From assembly GCA_030632085.1 (NCBI GenBank), contig DAOVJY010000001.1:207402-271401 (forward strand): 64,000 bases of DNA, read 5' to 3'. The stretch's first letter is position 1. The number at the start of each line of letters is the position of its first letter. Source of the stretch: Candidatus Omnitrophota bacterium (GTDB lineage: Bacteria > Omnitrophota > Gorgyraeia > JAGLLT01). The position numbers and the translations under genes are program-made. The notes under the pieces were generated by a model. It was not told the DNA's origin, made no database searches, and worked only from the letters and a program-made list of their open reading frames with translations. Of this stretch, positions 10,026 through 19,578 are shown one piece after another.

Positions 10026-10912
10026 TAACTCTTAATTCTATCTATTTTTGGCACTCTTCTAGGTATATCTTCATATTTATCGCCAAACACTTCTTTATGG
10101 GAAATAAATTTAAACTCTGATTTAAAATTACCAACTTTTTTCAGCGCCTTAGCAAGCTCCAAAACTGAAACTTCTTCTGTGCGCCCTATATTGAAAACAT
10201 TCTGTTCCGCTTTTTTACAAAAGGCAACTTTTAATACTGCATCTACGGCATCGTCAACATATACATACGTTCTAGTTTGTGAGCCATCTCCATGAATTGT
10301 GACAGGTTCATTCATCAAAAACTGTTTTAAAAATATAGGAATAACTCTCCCTGAGCCTAAATCATCCAGCTTTGGGCCGTAGACATTAAAAAAACGAACC
10401 ATAGCGAAAGGCAGGCCTTCGTGCTGATGATAGGCATAAAGATAATGTTCTGCTGTCGCCTTTGCAGATGAATAACACCACCTATTTATAGCAGTTGAAC
10501 CCAAAACCCTATCATCATCTTCCGCCCAAGGAGTTTTTGGATTCCTGCCATAAATTTCTGAAGTTGAGGCAAAAATAACTTTTGTTTTATCTTGAGCAGC
10601 CAACTTTAAAATATTGAGCGTTGCCTGTAAATCAATCTCAAGCACAGTTAGGGGCTCTTGCACATATCTTTTCGGATCGGCGATAGCCGCAAAATGAAAA
10701 ACCATATCAGCCTTTTTGACTTCTCTCTGCATTAGGTCTCTATCTAAAACAGAACCCTGAATAAACTGAAAATCTTTATTATCCATAAGATATTCTACTT
10801 TTGAACCATCTGACATATCAAGAGCAATGACATTATGCCCCTTTTTTAAGAGTTTTTCACATAAATATGAACCTAAAAAACCAGCTCCACCTGTAATTAA
10901 TATTCTTTCCAT
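9947..10912 (-). CDS. SDR-family UDP-glucuronate decarboxylase resembling the ArnA C-terminal domain
   Basis: Rossmann motif ITGGAGFLGSYL. ADMVFHFAAIADPKRYVQEPLTVLEIDLQATLNILKLAAQDKTKVIFASTSEIYG aligns with the ArnA decarboxylase segment [55 protein letters not shown]. The catalytic YSSAK motif is present. A GGAGGA Shine-Dalgarno sequence is present. Confidence 0.7.
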   Translation of the reverse strand: MERILITGGAGFLGSYLCEKLLKKGHNVIALDMSDGSKVEYLMDNKDFQFIQGSVLDRDLMQREVKKADMVFHFAAIADPKRYVQEPLTVLEIDLQATLNILKLAAQDKTKVIFASTSEIYGRNPKTPWAEDDDRVLGSTAINRWCYSSAKATAEHYLYAYHQHEGLPFAMVRFFNVYGPKLDDLGSGRVIPIFLKQFLMNEPVTIHGDGSQTRTYVYVDDAVDAVLKVAFCKKAEQNVFNIGRTEEVSVLELAKALKKVGNFKSEFKFISHKEVFGDKYEDIPRRVPKIDRIKSYCNWEPSTSLEDGLKKTIEYYKKKII

Positions 10913-10946
10913 CTAATTCCTCCGCATCTATTGTTATTTGAGATGA

Positions 10947-12473
10947 TTATATCAAATCCACCTTAATTAAGCAATAAAAACCACTTTCTTTAACAATCTG
11001 ATTGTTGGGCAAGTTTAATTCAGAAATTTGGACGTATTGTGTGTTGATCAAGAGATAATTTATGTCATATCTTTTAAAAATGACGGTCAAGGGCACCTTC
11101 AAGACAGGCCAAAAATCACTGTAATCCACAACATGGGCTATAGAGTTGTCTGTGGTTAACAACCTGGCAGAAGTAAAATATGTAGCAGCATCAGCTAAAT
11201 ACAGGGGCATGGTCATTATATTTACTTTGCCTTCAAGAATATCAATATATTTAAATATTTCTTTTATTTCTTTATTAACCGAGCGTTTAGAATCTTTTAC
11301 TATAACTTGCTGCTGTATGAATAATGTGGGCAGCAACGCTCCGAAAATAGCGATGATTAAATAGAACACTAAAAATACATTATGCTGTCCCGATATTAAG
11401 CCATTTGTAAGAAATACTGCTACAATTATAGCTACAGGGAAAGCTGAGTATTCCAGATACCTTTCGCCCTCTCCAATACAGCCAAGTTTCTTCACCTGTC
11501 TGACAATGACTCCAATCACAAACAACAAGATACTCCAAACAACAAACTTTGAGAACATAGCCTCTGGGATACCCATTGTATTTATATTATATGATTTGAA
11601 TAAATCTAAATAAACATAAGCAAAAACAAAAACCATAAAAGGATTAGCGGCGCATACAGCTATAAAAGGTATATTTTGAACAAGTTGATATATCCTAAAA
11701 ACAGCATCCGGATTTTTCTCTTTTTTTGAAACTCCTCTTATCTGGTGAGCATATCTATTATCAATATGAATAAACCAGAACCTTATCATGGCCAGGTGTC
11801 CCTTGAGAACTTTAAGATAGAACCCTTTTGAAAAAAGTATTGCTAAGATAACAGAACCTAACAACACAGCAATATATGTAAAATCAAGTTCAATTATTGA
11901 GAAAAACACCAAGGTAAACACAATTGCCTGAATAGACATTCGGTGCGATAAAAGTAATATAGTTAAGAAAATAATAGAAGCTATCAAACAAAAGATATTG
12001 CCAAACACACTATAACAAATAAGGGAAAAGAAACAACCGCTAAATAGTAATGAAGCAAAAGAGCGAGTTGTCAAATTAGAATTTTCCATAATAACTATAG
12101 GGCTGAGCATATAAGTTACTTGAGCGAGTATCGAAATAAAGAAGTTATTTGTAAAATAATAAACTACGCTAAAAATAAATAAGTTGTGAATGAAATCAAA
12201 AATTGGTGAAGCAATCCACTGGTATTTTTCAAGTAATTTTTTTGGAAATAGGGCTAGTAAAAAACGAAAAAGCGGCGGATAATCAGAAGGCTTATCTATA
12301 AGATAGTGTTCAGGCATAAGCTTTGGATATTTCTTATTCTGCCTTATATAGTCGGCTACTGTCAGATGCCTCCATGTATCAATCCCAAAATAGCGATTAC
12401 TAAGCCGAGGCCTAACCTGGATAAACAACCCAACCAAAGCAACAACTACTCCAAATATATACCCAATTAACAT
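10947..12473 (-). CDS. Polytopic membrane protein, putative GT-C glycosyltransferase (ArnT/PMT-like), 508 aa
   Basis: About 12-13 hydrophobic helices. The first loop motif FGIDTWRHLTVADYIRQNKKYP resembles the ArnT DE-motif region (PDETRYAEISREM). It is a paralog of 21575..23104 and of the remnant at 12651..12878. An AAGGAT Shine-Dalgarno sequence is present. Confidence 0.5.
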   Translation of the reverse strand: MLIGYIFGVVVALVGLFIQVRPRLSNRYFGIDTWRHLTVADYIRQNKKYPKLMPEHYLIDKPSDYPPLFRFLLALFPKKLLEKYQWIASPIFDFIHNLFIFSVVYYFTNNFFISILAQVTYMLSPIVIMENSNLTTRSFASLLFSGCFFSLICYSVFGNIFCLIASIIFLTILLLSHRMSIQAIVFTLVFFSIIELDFTYIAVLLGSVILAILFSKGFYLKVLKGHLAMIRFWFIHIDNRYAHQIRGVSKKEKNPDAVFRIYQLVQNIPFIAVCAANPFMVFVFAYVYLDLFKSYNINTMGIPEAMFSKFVVWSILLFVIGVIVRQVKKLGCIGEGERYLEYSAFPVAIIVAVFLTNGLISGQHNVFLVFYLIIAIFGALLPTLFIQQQVIVKDSKRSVNKEIKEIFKYIDILEGKVNIMTMPLYLADAATYFTSARLLTTDNSIAHVVDYSDFWPVLKVPLTVIFKRYDINYLLINTQYVQISELNLPNNQIVKESGFYCLIKVDLI

Positions 12474-12483
12474 AAATAAATCC

Positions 12484-12639
12484 TTACTTTTTCTTTGCGA
12501 TTAAGAAAATATCTCTAAATCCTTCTTTTTTGAATTTATGAGTTATAAGCCTCTTCACAGACTTAAAATCTCTATAGATAATCTTTTTAAGAAAATATTT
12601 AAAAAAATAAAAAAAGTTGGAGAAACTAACCACTCGCAT
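12484..12639 (-). pseudogene. Remnant of the 3' end of a methyltransferase paralog, 51 codons
   Basis: The minus-strand translation ...SFSNFFYFFKYFLKKIIYRDFKSVKRLITHKFKKEGFRDIFLIAKKK* aligns with the C-terminus of the methyltransferase at 12881..13606 (...NLSIPFFYLSKYLFKINLYKKPFIEKIITREYEKDGFRDIFLVCKKIKGNEE*). The upstream frame is closed by a stop codon. Confidence 0.5.
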
Positions 12640-12650
12640 TCTCTAATAAA

Positions 12651-12878
12651 TTATTTATGGAAAGCTGCCAGTAGAAATCTTAGGCCCGGCTGATAATCAG
12701 AGAGAGATTCGATTAAGAATTTATCCATCCATTTGGGATAGTGTTTGTTTTCTCTGATATAATCTGCTACCATCAGATGTCTCCAACTATCTACTCCGAA
12801 ATGCCTGATGCTGAAGCGGGGCCTAACTTGAATAATAAAACTAAGTGCTGTAATAAAAATACCAACAAGCAAAAACAA
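12651..12878 (-). pseudogene. Truncated N-terminal remnant (75 aa) of an ArnT-like GT-C membrane protein paralog
   Basis: MFLLVGIFITALSFIIQVRPRFSIRHFGVDSWRHLMVADYIRENKHYPKWMD...RFLLAAFHK* is about 55% identical to the first 78 aa of 10947..12473. It stops where the full-length proteins continue for a further 430 aa. Confidence 0.6.
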
Positions 12879-12880
12879 TG

Positions 12881-13606
12881 TTATTCCTCATTACCTTTAA
12901 TTTTCTTACAAACTAAAAATATATCTCTAAAACCATCTTTTTCATATTCACGGGTAATAATTTTTTCTATAAAAGGCTTCTTATACAAATTAATTTTAAA
13001 CAAGTATTTAGAAAGATAAAAGAAAGGGATGGAAAGATTTGTTAATACTCCTCCTTTTAACATGAGTTTTTCAAATTCAAAACCTTTATCAGCTAACATC
13101 TGTCTTAAATTTTCTACGTTGTAATGCCGATGGCCCACTAACCAGTGCGCTACATCAAAGATATTACCCATCAACTCACTACGAGGAGTCGTTATTATGA
13201 ATGAGCCCCCTATTTTTAGCACTCTATTTACTTCTTTAAAAAGCTGCGGCTCGGTATTTTTAGGAATATGCTCTAAAACCATAAACAGACTCACCACATC
13301 AAAGGAATTATCCTCAAAGGGCAGGCAAAATGCATCAGCTGCCCCAAAAGTACAATGGGGATTCGCTTCCTTGGCTATTTTTAAAGCTGCCAGGGATATA
13401 TCTACGCCAGTAATCTGACAATCGTCATCTTTAAACTGGGTTTCAAAACTAGCTGTCCAACAGCCGATATTCAAAACCTTTTTACCTTCAAAATATGGTT
13501 TAATTAATTTGTAAATAATCTTATGAAAAACGTCCGGAGTCGGTTCATCAAAACTCTTTAGAAAATTCAACTCATGAATTATGCGCTTCTTATTATCTTT
13601 TGGCAT
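12881..13606 (-). CDS. Class I SAM-dependent methyltransferase
   Basis: Motif VLNIGCWTASF, a motif II Asp and a VLEHI motif. Its start lies 2 nt after the upstream stop. Confidence 0.7.
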   Translation of the reverse strand: MPKDNKKRIIHELNFLKSFDEPTPDVFHKIIYKLIKPYFEGKKVLNIGCWTASFETQFKDDDCQITGVDISLAALKIAKEANPHCTFGAADAFCLPFEDNSFDVVSLFMVLEHIPKNTEPQLFKEVNRVLKIGGSFIITTPRSELMGNIFDVAHWLVGHRHYNVENLRQMLADKGFEFEKLMLKGGVLTNLSIPFFYLSKYLFKINLYKKPFIEKIITREYEKDGFRDIFLVCKKIKGNEE

Positions 13607-13608
13607 TT

Positions 13609-15066
13609 TTATCTTCTGACCTTTACAAAATCTCTGATATGCCCTATGACCGGTTTTATACCTCTGCCTAAATATCTAATATATTCTAAATCTCTAATTT
13701 TTAAGATATGGCGCAATATAAATCTAGGATGCAGAAATATTTTATATATATCATGACAAATCTTCATTATTTCTTCTTCAGTTGCATCAGGTGTTTTTAA
13801 TATCGGATGGCACATATCGAATTGCTCATAATCATCTTTATCAATCTTAAGCCAGTTGTTTTCCACAGCCTCCTCATAAAGAGGTGTCCCGGGATAACTC
13901 ATAATCACAGTTGATTGCAACATATCGGCATAACCGTTAAGCATCAGATATCTGGCTAGTTTAAGGGTATCGAGCATGTCTTGCTTAGTTTCCCAGGGAT
14001 AGCCGACCATCATTGTTAAATGGACTGTCAGTCCGGCCTGCTTAGCTATTTTGCTACCCTCTATTATCTGGGCAACGGTTGTACCTTTATCAAGCCGCTT
14101 TAGAGTTTCATCGCTGGCTGATTCCAGACCACATTTCATGAGCCGGAAGCCCGCTTTTTTCATTAACTTGGCTCGTTCAAGAGTTAAATAATCATACCTG
14201 AAATTACAGGATATGTATATCTTCTTATTGTAACCTCTTTCAATCATTCCGTTACAAAATTCTGTTAACCACTTGCCAGAAGGAAAAGTTCCGGTATCAT
14301 CAAATATTTCACCGATATCATATTTTCCAATCAACAATCCAATTTCATTTAGTAAGCTCTCAGGGCTTCTGGTTCTAAACTTGGGAAAAAGTGTGGTCCA
14401 GGAACAAAATTTACATTTGGCCCAAGGACAGTCTCTTCCAACCATAGTATAAGTGAATGGCTCTCTTTTATAAAGCCGTTCACCATATAAACGCCACTTA
14501 GTCAGCTCTCTATCAACTAAAGGCAGAGTATTTAAATCATGATTAAGCTCAAACTTACCGGTACTTTTTATTTGTCCATTATTTCGATACCAGATACCAG
14601 GCTCCAGCGTTTCTTTTTTTTCTAAATATTTAACTATATTTGAGAGAAGAAAATCATAATCCCCTCCGGTAAGACAAAAATCAACTTTTGAATTTTGCAT
14701 ACTTTCATCCGGCTTAGCCGTAATGTGATCTCCCATTAAGACTGTAATGCATTCAGGATTGATGCTTTTAAGTTCATCAACTATTTTCCAGTGCTGCCTA
14801 ACGACCGGGGTTTTTGTCTCCAGGGCAATTAAATCGGGTTTTTCTTTCTTGACAAAATCGATAAATTCCTCATATTGCCATTTTTCAGCAATGCAATCAT
14901 TCCATACAACCTCATGGCCCTCTTCTTTTAAAAGAGTTGCCGCTGAAGCCGGCACCATGGGATATATATAAGATGGATTATGAAAATATTGAAACTGTCT
15001 ATTCTGCCCAAGCATAGGTATTCCTTTAGCATCCGGTATTGGTGGATATGAAATCATTATTTTCAT
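13609..15066 (-). CDS. B12-binding-domain radical SAM protein
   Basis: The N-terminus has a Rossmann-like B12-binding domain. The core carries GRDCPWAKCKFC (a Cys triad with Cx4Cx2C spacing), DDTGTF (glycine-rich SAM motif), CGLESASDETL (GxESxS ribose motif) and TMMVGYPWET (the xVGxPGET motif typical of B12-rSAM and Elp3-like enzymes). Confidence 0.7.
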   Translation of the reverse strand: MKIMISYPPIPDAKGIPMLGQNRQFQYFHNPSYIYPMVPASAATLLKEEGHEVVWNDCIAEKWQYEEFIDFVKKEKPDLIALETKTPVVRQHWKIVDELKSINPECITVLMGDHITAKPDESMQNSKVDFCLTGGDYDFLLSNIVKYLEKKETLEPGIWYRNNGQIKSTGKFELNHDLNTLPLVDRELTKWRLYGERLYKREPFTYTMVGRDCPWAKCKFCSWTTLFPKFRTRSPESLLNEIGLLIGKYDIGEIFDDTGTFPSGKWLTEFCNGMIERGYNKKIYISCNFRYDYLTLERAKLMKKAGFRLMKCGLESASDETLKRLDKGTTVAQIIEGSKIAKQAGLTVHLTMMVGYPWETKQDMLDTLKLARYLMLNGYADMLQSTVIMSYPGTPLYEEAVENNWLKIDKDDYEQFDMCHPILKTPDATEEEIMKICHDIYKIFLHPRFILRHILKIRDLEYIRYLGRGIKPVIGHIRDFVKVRR

Positions 15067-18000
15067 TTTTTATATCTTCCCTTCCTTTGACGATCATAAC
15101 ATAGGTAAGATATTGATATAATAAGAGTAATAAATGAAACACTTAGACCTAAATAAAATAAGTTTTGTACCTTATAGTTAATTACTATTGTTGAACCTTT
15201 TTTATATTCGGACTTATCAATTTTCCATCCATTTGCATAGCCATCTATTATGAAATGTTCATCAAGTTTAGACTTCTTACCTGAATTACGATTAATAATA
15301 TATGCTTCCCATTCTGAGTTATAAGCTTCCCGAAAATATAAAAAAGATACCTTATTGCTATCGCGTAAAACATTATATTTAGTTTGATTAATCTTTTTAT
15401 ATTTGAGAGGATATGAAAATTCTTGAGTATCGTCTTTAGATGATACTTCAAGGCAACATTTACCCATATTTGCCTGAGCAAATCCAACACTATGCAGTCC
15501 CTCAGGAAAAAATATACTTTCATATATATAACAGTTAACACCATCTAAATTCTTTAGTTCAAATGATATTTCCTTTTCATCTAAACAAACCTTTTTATTC
15601 TTTGTTTGAATGTTTTCACTTACTAAACTATCATAAGGGTAAATTCTGATGTTGTAATCACCCGATTTTGGTATATATATATCACTTTTATAATATTCAT
15701 TACCTATAACCACATCTTTAATAGCACAAGTTACACTTCTCCCATATTTATAACTTTCTTTATCGGGCGAATAAAATGAAATATAATTATCACCCGGTTT
15801 TAATTTAATGCCTTTTAAAATTGTTGTTCGAACCATATCTTTTGGTAAAAAACACATTGAAAGATACGTATCGTTTATATAATAATACATATATCTATCC
15901 ATTTCATATGAATATACATCAAATTTGACATTGGTAATAACTTCTTCACTACTCCTATTATCTATGATAATTGTTTTTCCGTTAGCTGATATTAACCAGT
16001 TCCATTTCGCTTCTTCCGGATTTTTTTTAAATTTAAAAACATTAATTAACTTTGGACTGTTATATTCGCTATTCCATTGAGTATCTTCGGATCTGACTTC
16101 TGACTGCATTTTTTCTGATGATAAAAAATATGTTAAACCCTTACCTTTTTCTCTCAAGCATCTCAGCAATAAATTTCGATATAAATCATTATATGTATCA
16201 AAAACAGCTTTGGGTAATATAATTAAATTAATTTCTTTACTTCCAAGTATGCTCTTTTCCTGATTGGTTAATCTTATTTCAATAACACGCTTTCCTTTTT
16301 TTATATAAAAATTTGCAATGTTAATCCATTTCAAAGAAAAATCGTCCTGAATTAGATCCTTTCTAGCTTGCCCAATTTGTCCATCAATTTTTACATTAAG
16401 TTTGCGGCTATATATGTTGTATATATCCTGTTCAATCCATACCTGATACAAATTTTCAATGCTTGCCTCAAAATTAAATATATGTCCGTTATTAGCTTGT
16501 AAATCGTCACTTAATAGAGTAATTTTATGTTCGGGTTCTATAAAATCAAATACAAAATCAGAAAAATTAGCATTGTAAAAGAAAATTTTCTCAATTCCTC
16601 CATTGAGTTCTTCTTTAATGAAAGTATGATTTATTTTTTGACTAGATAAAATAACAGGTAAGTCATTCATAATATTAATATAACTTAAAGGAGAAAAAGC
16701 TGAAACTTTACCGACTAACATAGCTAACTTAGATGTTTCCCCAATATAAACCGGGTCATCCTGATTTTGATATAATTGCCACTTGCCATAAGTGCCTAAA
16801 AGATTAATTTTTCTTTGATAGGATAAAGCGCTCTTTAGAAAATCCGGTGAAAGCTTTGAACCAAAAAAATCATACCAGGCATCATTGTGAACTAAGATAT
16901 ATTTTACGTTTAAGACATTCAGAATATTAGCGGCTAGCGGAGTCGTTCTCTCATAAAGGGCGTTGTAATAAGTATTTTTCAGCTTATCAGTATCGGTTGC
17001 ATTACTGTTTCCATATAGTATAGATTTTAATGAGAGCAATGTAAGTAAATGTGGGGGGCCTACATAACCCCATCTATATCCATTAAGCGGTAATGATGGT
17101 AACGCAATAATACGATAATCATTTTCTTGCTTATCCATAAATTTAACAAAATCAATTATATAATTTGGAACCTTTATACCAACAGAAAATGACGTTCCAG
17201 GTTCTCTTATCCTAATAACTTGTCCGTTTAACATTGGATAGCTGTAGATAAAATTACAACATAAAATTATTATTATAAATACTGTAGGTATCATGCTATT
17301 AAGGTTATACTTTTGGTGCAATATTGTTCTTTTGCAACAATTTTTAATCTTTGTGTACAAATATATCAAAGTAACACTTATTAAATACGAATATGCCAAG
17401 GAAATAATTAACGCGAATTTATAATATGGGCTTCTAAATACCTGAAAAAAAGGCACATTTTCAGTCATCCACAAGTAAAATTTGCCCGTGGGCATATGAG
17501 CACCGCAAGCTAAAACCGTGGCAATTATACTCATTACAACAAAAAAAACTTCGTGAAATTTCTTTTTAATAATAATTGCAGAGTAAGCCAATGCAGGAAT
17601 TAATACACTCCAAATTATCAAAAATGGATTAGTGAAATATGTTTTAGCATAGGGAACATAAGGCACATTAACCCTGGCGTCATAGTACCAATCCCATGCT
17701 CCCTGAAAGCGGGAAACATTTAAAATAGAGGTGTGGGTACTTATTCCCTTAAGCCAGTTAGCCAAATTAAACGCCCCTAAGCCGTAATTCACACTGGCCA
17801 TCAATCTTGCAACAACTTCACGCAAATAAGGTAACCACCAAAAAGCGTTTATACCGATAAAGATAAGGATAATTAAAGCAAAAAAACTTATAACGTTACA
17901 TATATTTTTAAAGGCATCCTTTGAAAATATCCTATTTATAATATAAAAAATTGCGTATGAGACAATCAACAATAGTGGCATAGCAAAAATAGGAGGACTA

Positions 18001-18575
18001 GCTCCCCATTCAGACACTAATAGTGAAAACAGTCCTATGTAAATAGCAGCCTTAAAATAACTTATATCTTTCCTTAGGCCCTTAATCATAAAAGCTAATA
18101 TTATCGGCATACCAACATAAGCTGAAATATTGGCAGCCTTCCCTACTTCCCAAATATTAAAAACCAGTGGATTAAAAGCATAGAAACAGACAGCTATTAA
18201 TCTTTGCAAGCGATTCGGTTTCGCCTGAATGACAGCAACCATGTAATAAATGGCCACTTCTATCATTAAAAACCAAAATATAAAAAGAATCTTCTGCGAT
18301 ATAATTGCTGACATACCGAAAAAATTGCAAATGGCTTGAGGTAAATAATAGAATAGACTTGTAGCATAAATAGCAGATGGCATACCGGCGCCAAAACGAG
18401 AATCCCACATAAAAAAACGTGCTGTATAAAACTTAATAGGATTGTACAAAGGATAAACCGCATCTGAACCAGCCACAGCTATTCCGCCTTTGAACCAAAG
18501 CAGGGGCACGAGTCCTAATAAAAAAATTACTAATAAATCCTGTAATAATGCATTTTTACTTTTATTATTATTCAT
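15063..18575 (-). CDS. Large polytopic membrane protein, putative GT-C glycosyltransferase (AftD/DUF3367-like), 1170 aa
   Basis: The N-terminal roughly 480 aa are multi-transmembrane. The first loop GSDAVYPLYNPIKFYTARFFMWDSRFGAG aligns with the AftD N-terminal motif (PDTKLDLTANPLRFLARATNLWNSDLPFGQ). The large soluble C-terminal domain ends ...ANGW... plus a transmembrane anchor. Confidence 0.5.
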   Translation of the reverse strand: MNNNKSKNALLQDLLVIFLLGLVPLLWFKGGIAVAGSDAVYPLYNPIKFYTARFFMWDSRFGAGMPSAIYATSLFYYLPQAICNFFGMSAIISQKILFIFWFLMIEVAIYYMVAVIQAKPNRLQRLIAVCFYAFNPLVFNIWEVGKAANISAYVGMPIILAFMIKGLRKDISYFKAAIYIGLFSLLVSEWGASPPIFAMPLLLIVSYAIFYIINRIFSKDAFKNICNVISFFALIILIFIGINAFWWLPYLREVVARLMASVNYGLGAFNLANWLKGISTHTSILNVSRFQGAWDWYYDARVNVPYVPYAKTYFTNPFLIIWSVLIPALAYSAIIIKKKFHEVFFVVMSIIATVLACGAHMPTGKFYLWMTENVPFFQVFRSPYYKFALIISLAYSYLISVTLIYLYTKIKNCCKRTILHQKYNLNSMIPTVFIIIILCCNFIYSYPMLNGQVIRIREPGTSFSVGIKVPNYIIDFVKFMDKQENDYRIIALPSLPLNGYRWGYVGPPHLLTLLSLKSILYGNSNATDTDKLKNTYYNALYERTTPLAANILNVLNVKYILVHNDAWYDFFGSKLSPDFLKSALSYQRKINLLGTYGKWQLYQNQDDPVYIGETSKLAMLVGKVSAFSPLSYINIMNDLPVILSSQKINHTFIKEELNGGIEKIFFYNANFSDFVFDFIEPEHKITLLSDDLQANNGHIFNFEASIENLYQVWIEQDIYNIYSRKLNVKIDGQIGQARKDLIQDDFSLKWINIANFYIKKGKRVIEIRLTNQEKSILGSKEINLIILPKAVFDTYNDLYRNLLLRCLREKGKGLTYFLSSEKMQSEVRSEDTQWNSEYNSPKLINVFKFKKNPEEAKWNWLISANGKTIIIDNRSSEEVITNVKFDVYSYEMDRYMYYYINDTYLSMCFLPKDMVRTTILKGIKLKPGDNYISFYSPDKESYKYGRSVTCAIKDVVIGNEYYKSDIYIPKSGDYNIRIYPYDSLVSENIQTKNKKVCLDEKEISFELKNLDGVNCYIYESIFFPEGLHSVGFAQANMGKCCLEVSSKDDTQEFSYPLKYKKINQTKYNVLRDSNKVSFLYFREAYNSEWEAYIINRNSGKKSKLDEHFIIDGYANGWKIDKSEYKKGSTIVINYKVQNLFYLGLSVSFITLIISISYLCYDRQRKGRYKK

Positions 18576-18580
18576 AAATT

Positions 18581-19564
18581 TTATTTTTTTATACCTCTAA
18601 CTTCTAAGCACCCGCCTAGCCTGAAAATATCAAGTAAAAAATCGAGAGATATAGAAATAAATCTAAAAAAAACATTATTAAATAGTAAATTTACAAGGGT
18701 TTCGTTTTTAAATTTTATATTCATTATAGACACTAAGCTTGCCAAACCAGTACCAACAGAGTTATAGTATATCTTTATATCTGAATAACCGCATTCCACT
18801 AATATTTTTTTAATTGTTTGCGGAGAGAAATGATAGAGATGCCGCGGCACATCAAACCCAGACCAATCCTGTTTAAATATTTTACTATATAACGAATTAA
18901 CATTCGGTATACCTATTATAATCTGGCCTTTTAGTTTTAAAATATTTGCTATTTTTTTTAAATTCTGTTTTGGATGTTTAAAATGTTCTAGAACATGCCA
19001 CAAGCGCACAACATCATATGTCTCATCTTTAACTTCAAGTTCCTCAAATTTGCCACAACGAACATCTAAATTGTGACTTTGTGCTCTTTTGACAGCTTCG
19101 CGATCAATTTCTATGCCGCTAACGCTCCAACCAAGATCTTTAAGCTGTTTAATGAATAAACCATCACCACAACCTATGTCCAATAATTTAGCATTTTTTT
19201 TGAATGGGGGAATCCCACCAAATCTTCGTTTCAACGGAAAATATAAAACCATTTTAATTTTTCTCAAACAACTGTTACCATGACCTCCGTAAGTCAAAAA
19301 TATCTGCTTTCTGAGGAATTTTTTAATCTTGCTGAATAAGTCAAGTTTGCTCTGATCTTCTTTTAAAACTTCTCCATATGAATAATACTCACCTTTAACA
19401 TAATACCTTCCCAATTCTTCAGCTGTGGGTTGAGGATTAATATAAACCAAGTGACATTGAGAACACATAACTAAATCGAATGTTACCTCGGTTTCGCTGT
19501 TTTTAATAGCATATAGTTTATTGTATTCATTGGAATTGCAAATGTTACAGCTTATTTTATCCAT
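18581..19564 (-). CDS. SAM-dependent methyltransferase with an N-terminal Cys4 zinc-ribbon
   Basis: N-terminal CNICNS...CSQCHL (Cys4), then LLDIGCGDGLF (motif I) and WHVLEH. The architecture resembles sugar C-methyltransferases of the TcaB9 type; this is an inference. Confidence 0.65.
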   Translation of the reverse strand: MDKISCNICNSNEYNKLYAIKNSETEVTFDLVMCSQCHLVYINPQPTAEELGRYYVKGEYYSYGEVLKEDQSKLDLFSKIKKFLRKQIFLTYGGHGNSCLRKIKMVLYFPLKRRFGGIPPFKKNAKLLDIGCGDGLFIKQLKDLGWSVSGIEIDREAVKRAQSHNLDVRCGKFEELEVKDETYDVVRLWHVLEHFKHPKQNLKKIANILKLKGQIIIGIPNVNSLYSKIFKQDWSGFDVPRHLYHFSPQTIKKILVECGYSDIKIYYNSVGTGLASLVSIMNIKFKNETLVNLLFNNVFFRFISISLDFLLDIFRLGGCLEVRGIKK

Positions 19565-19578
19565 ATTATTATCTCATT

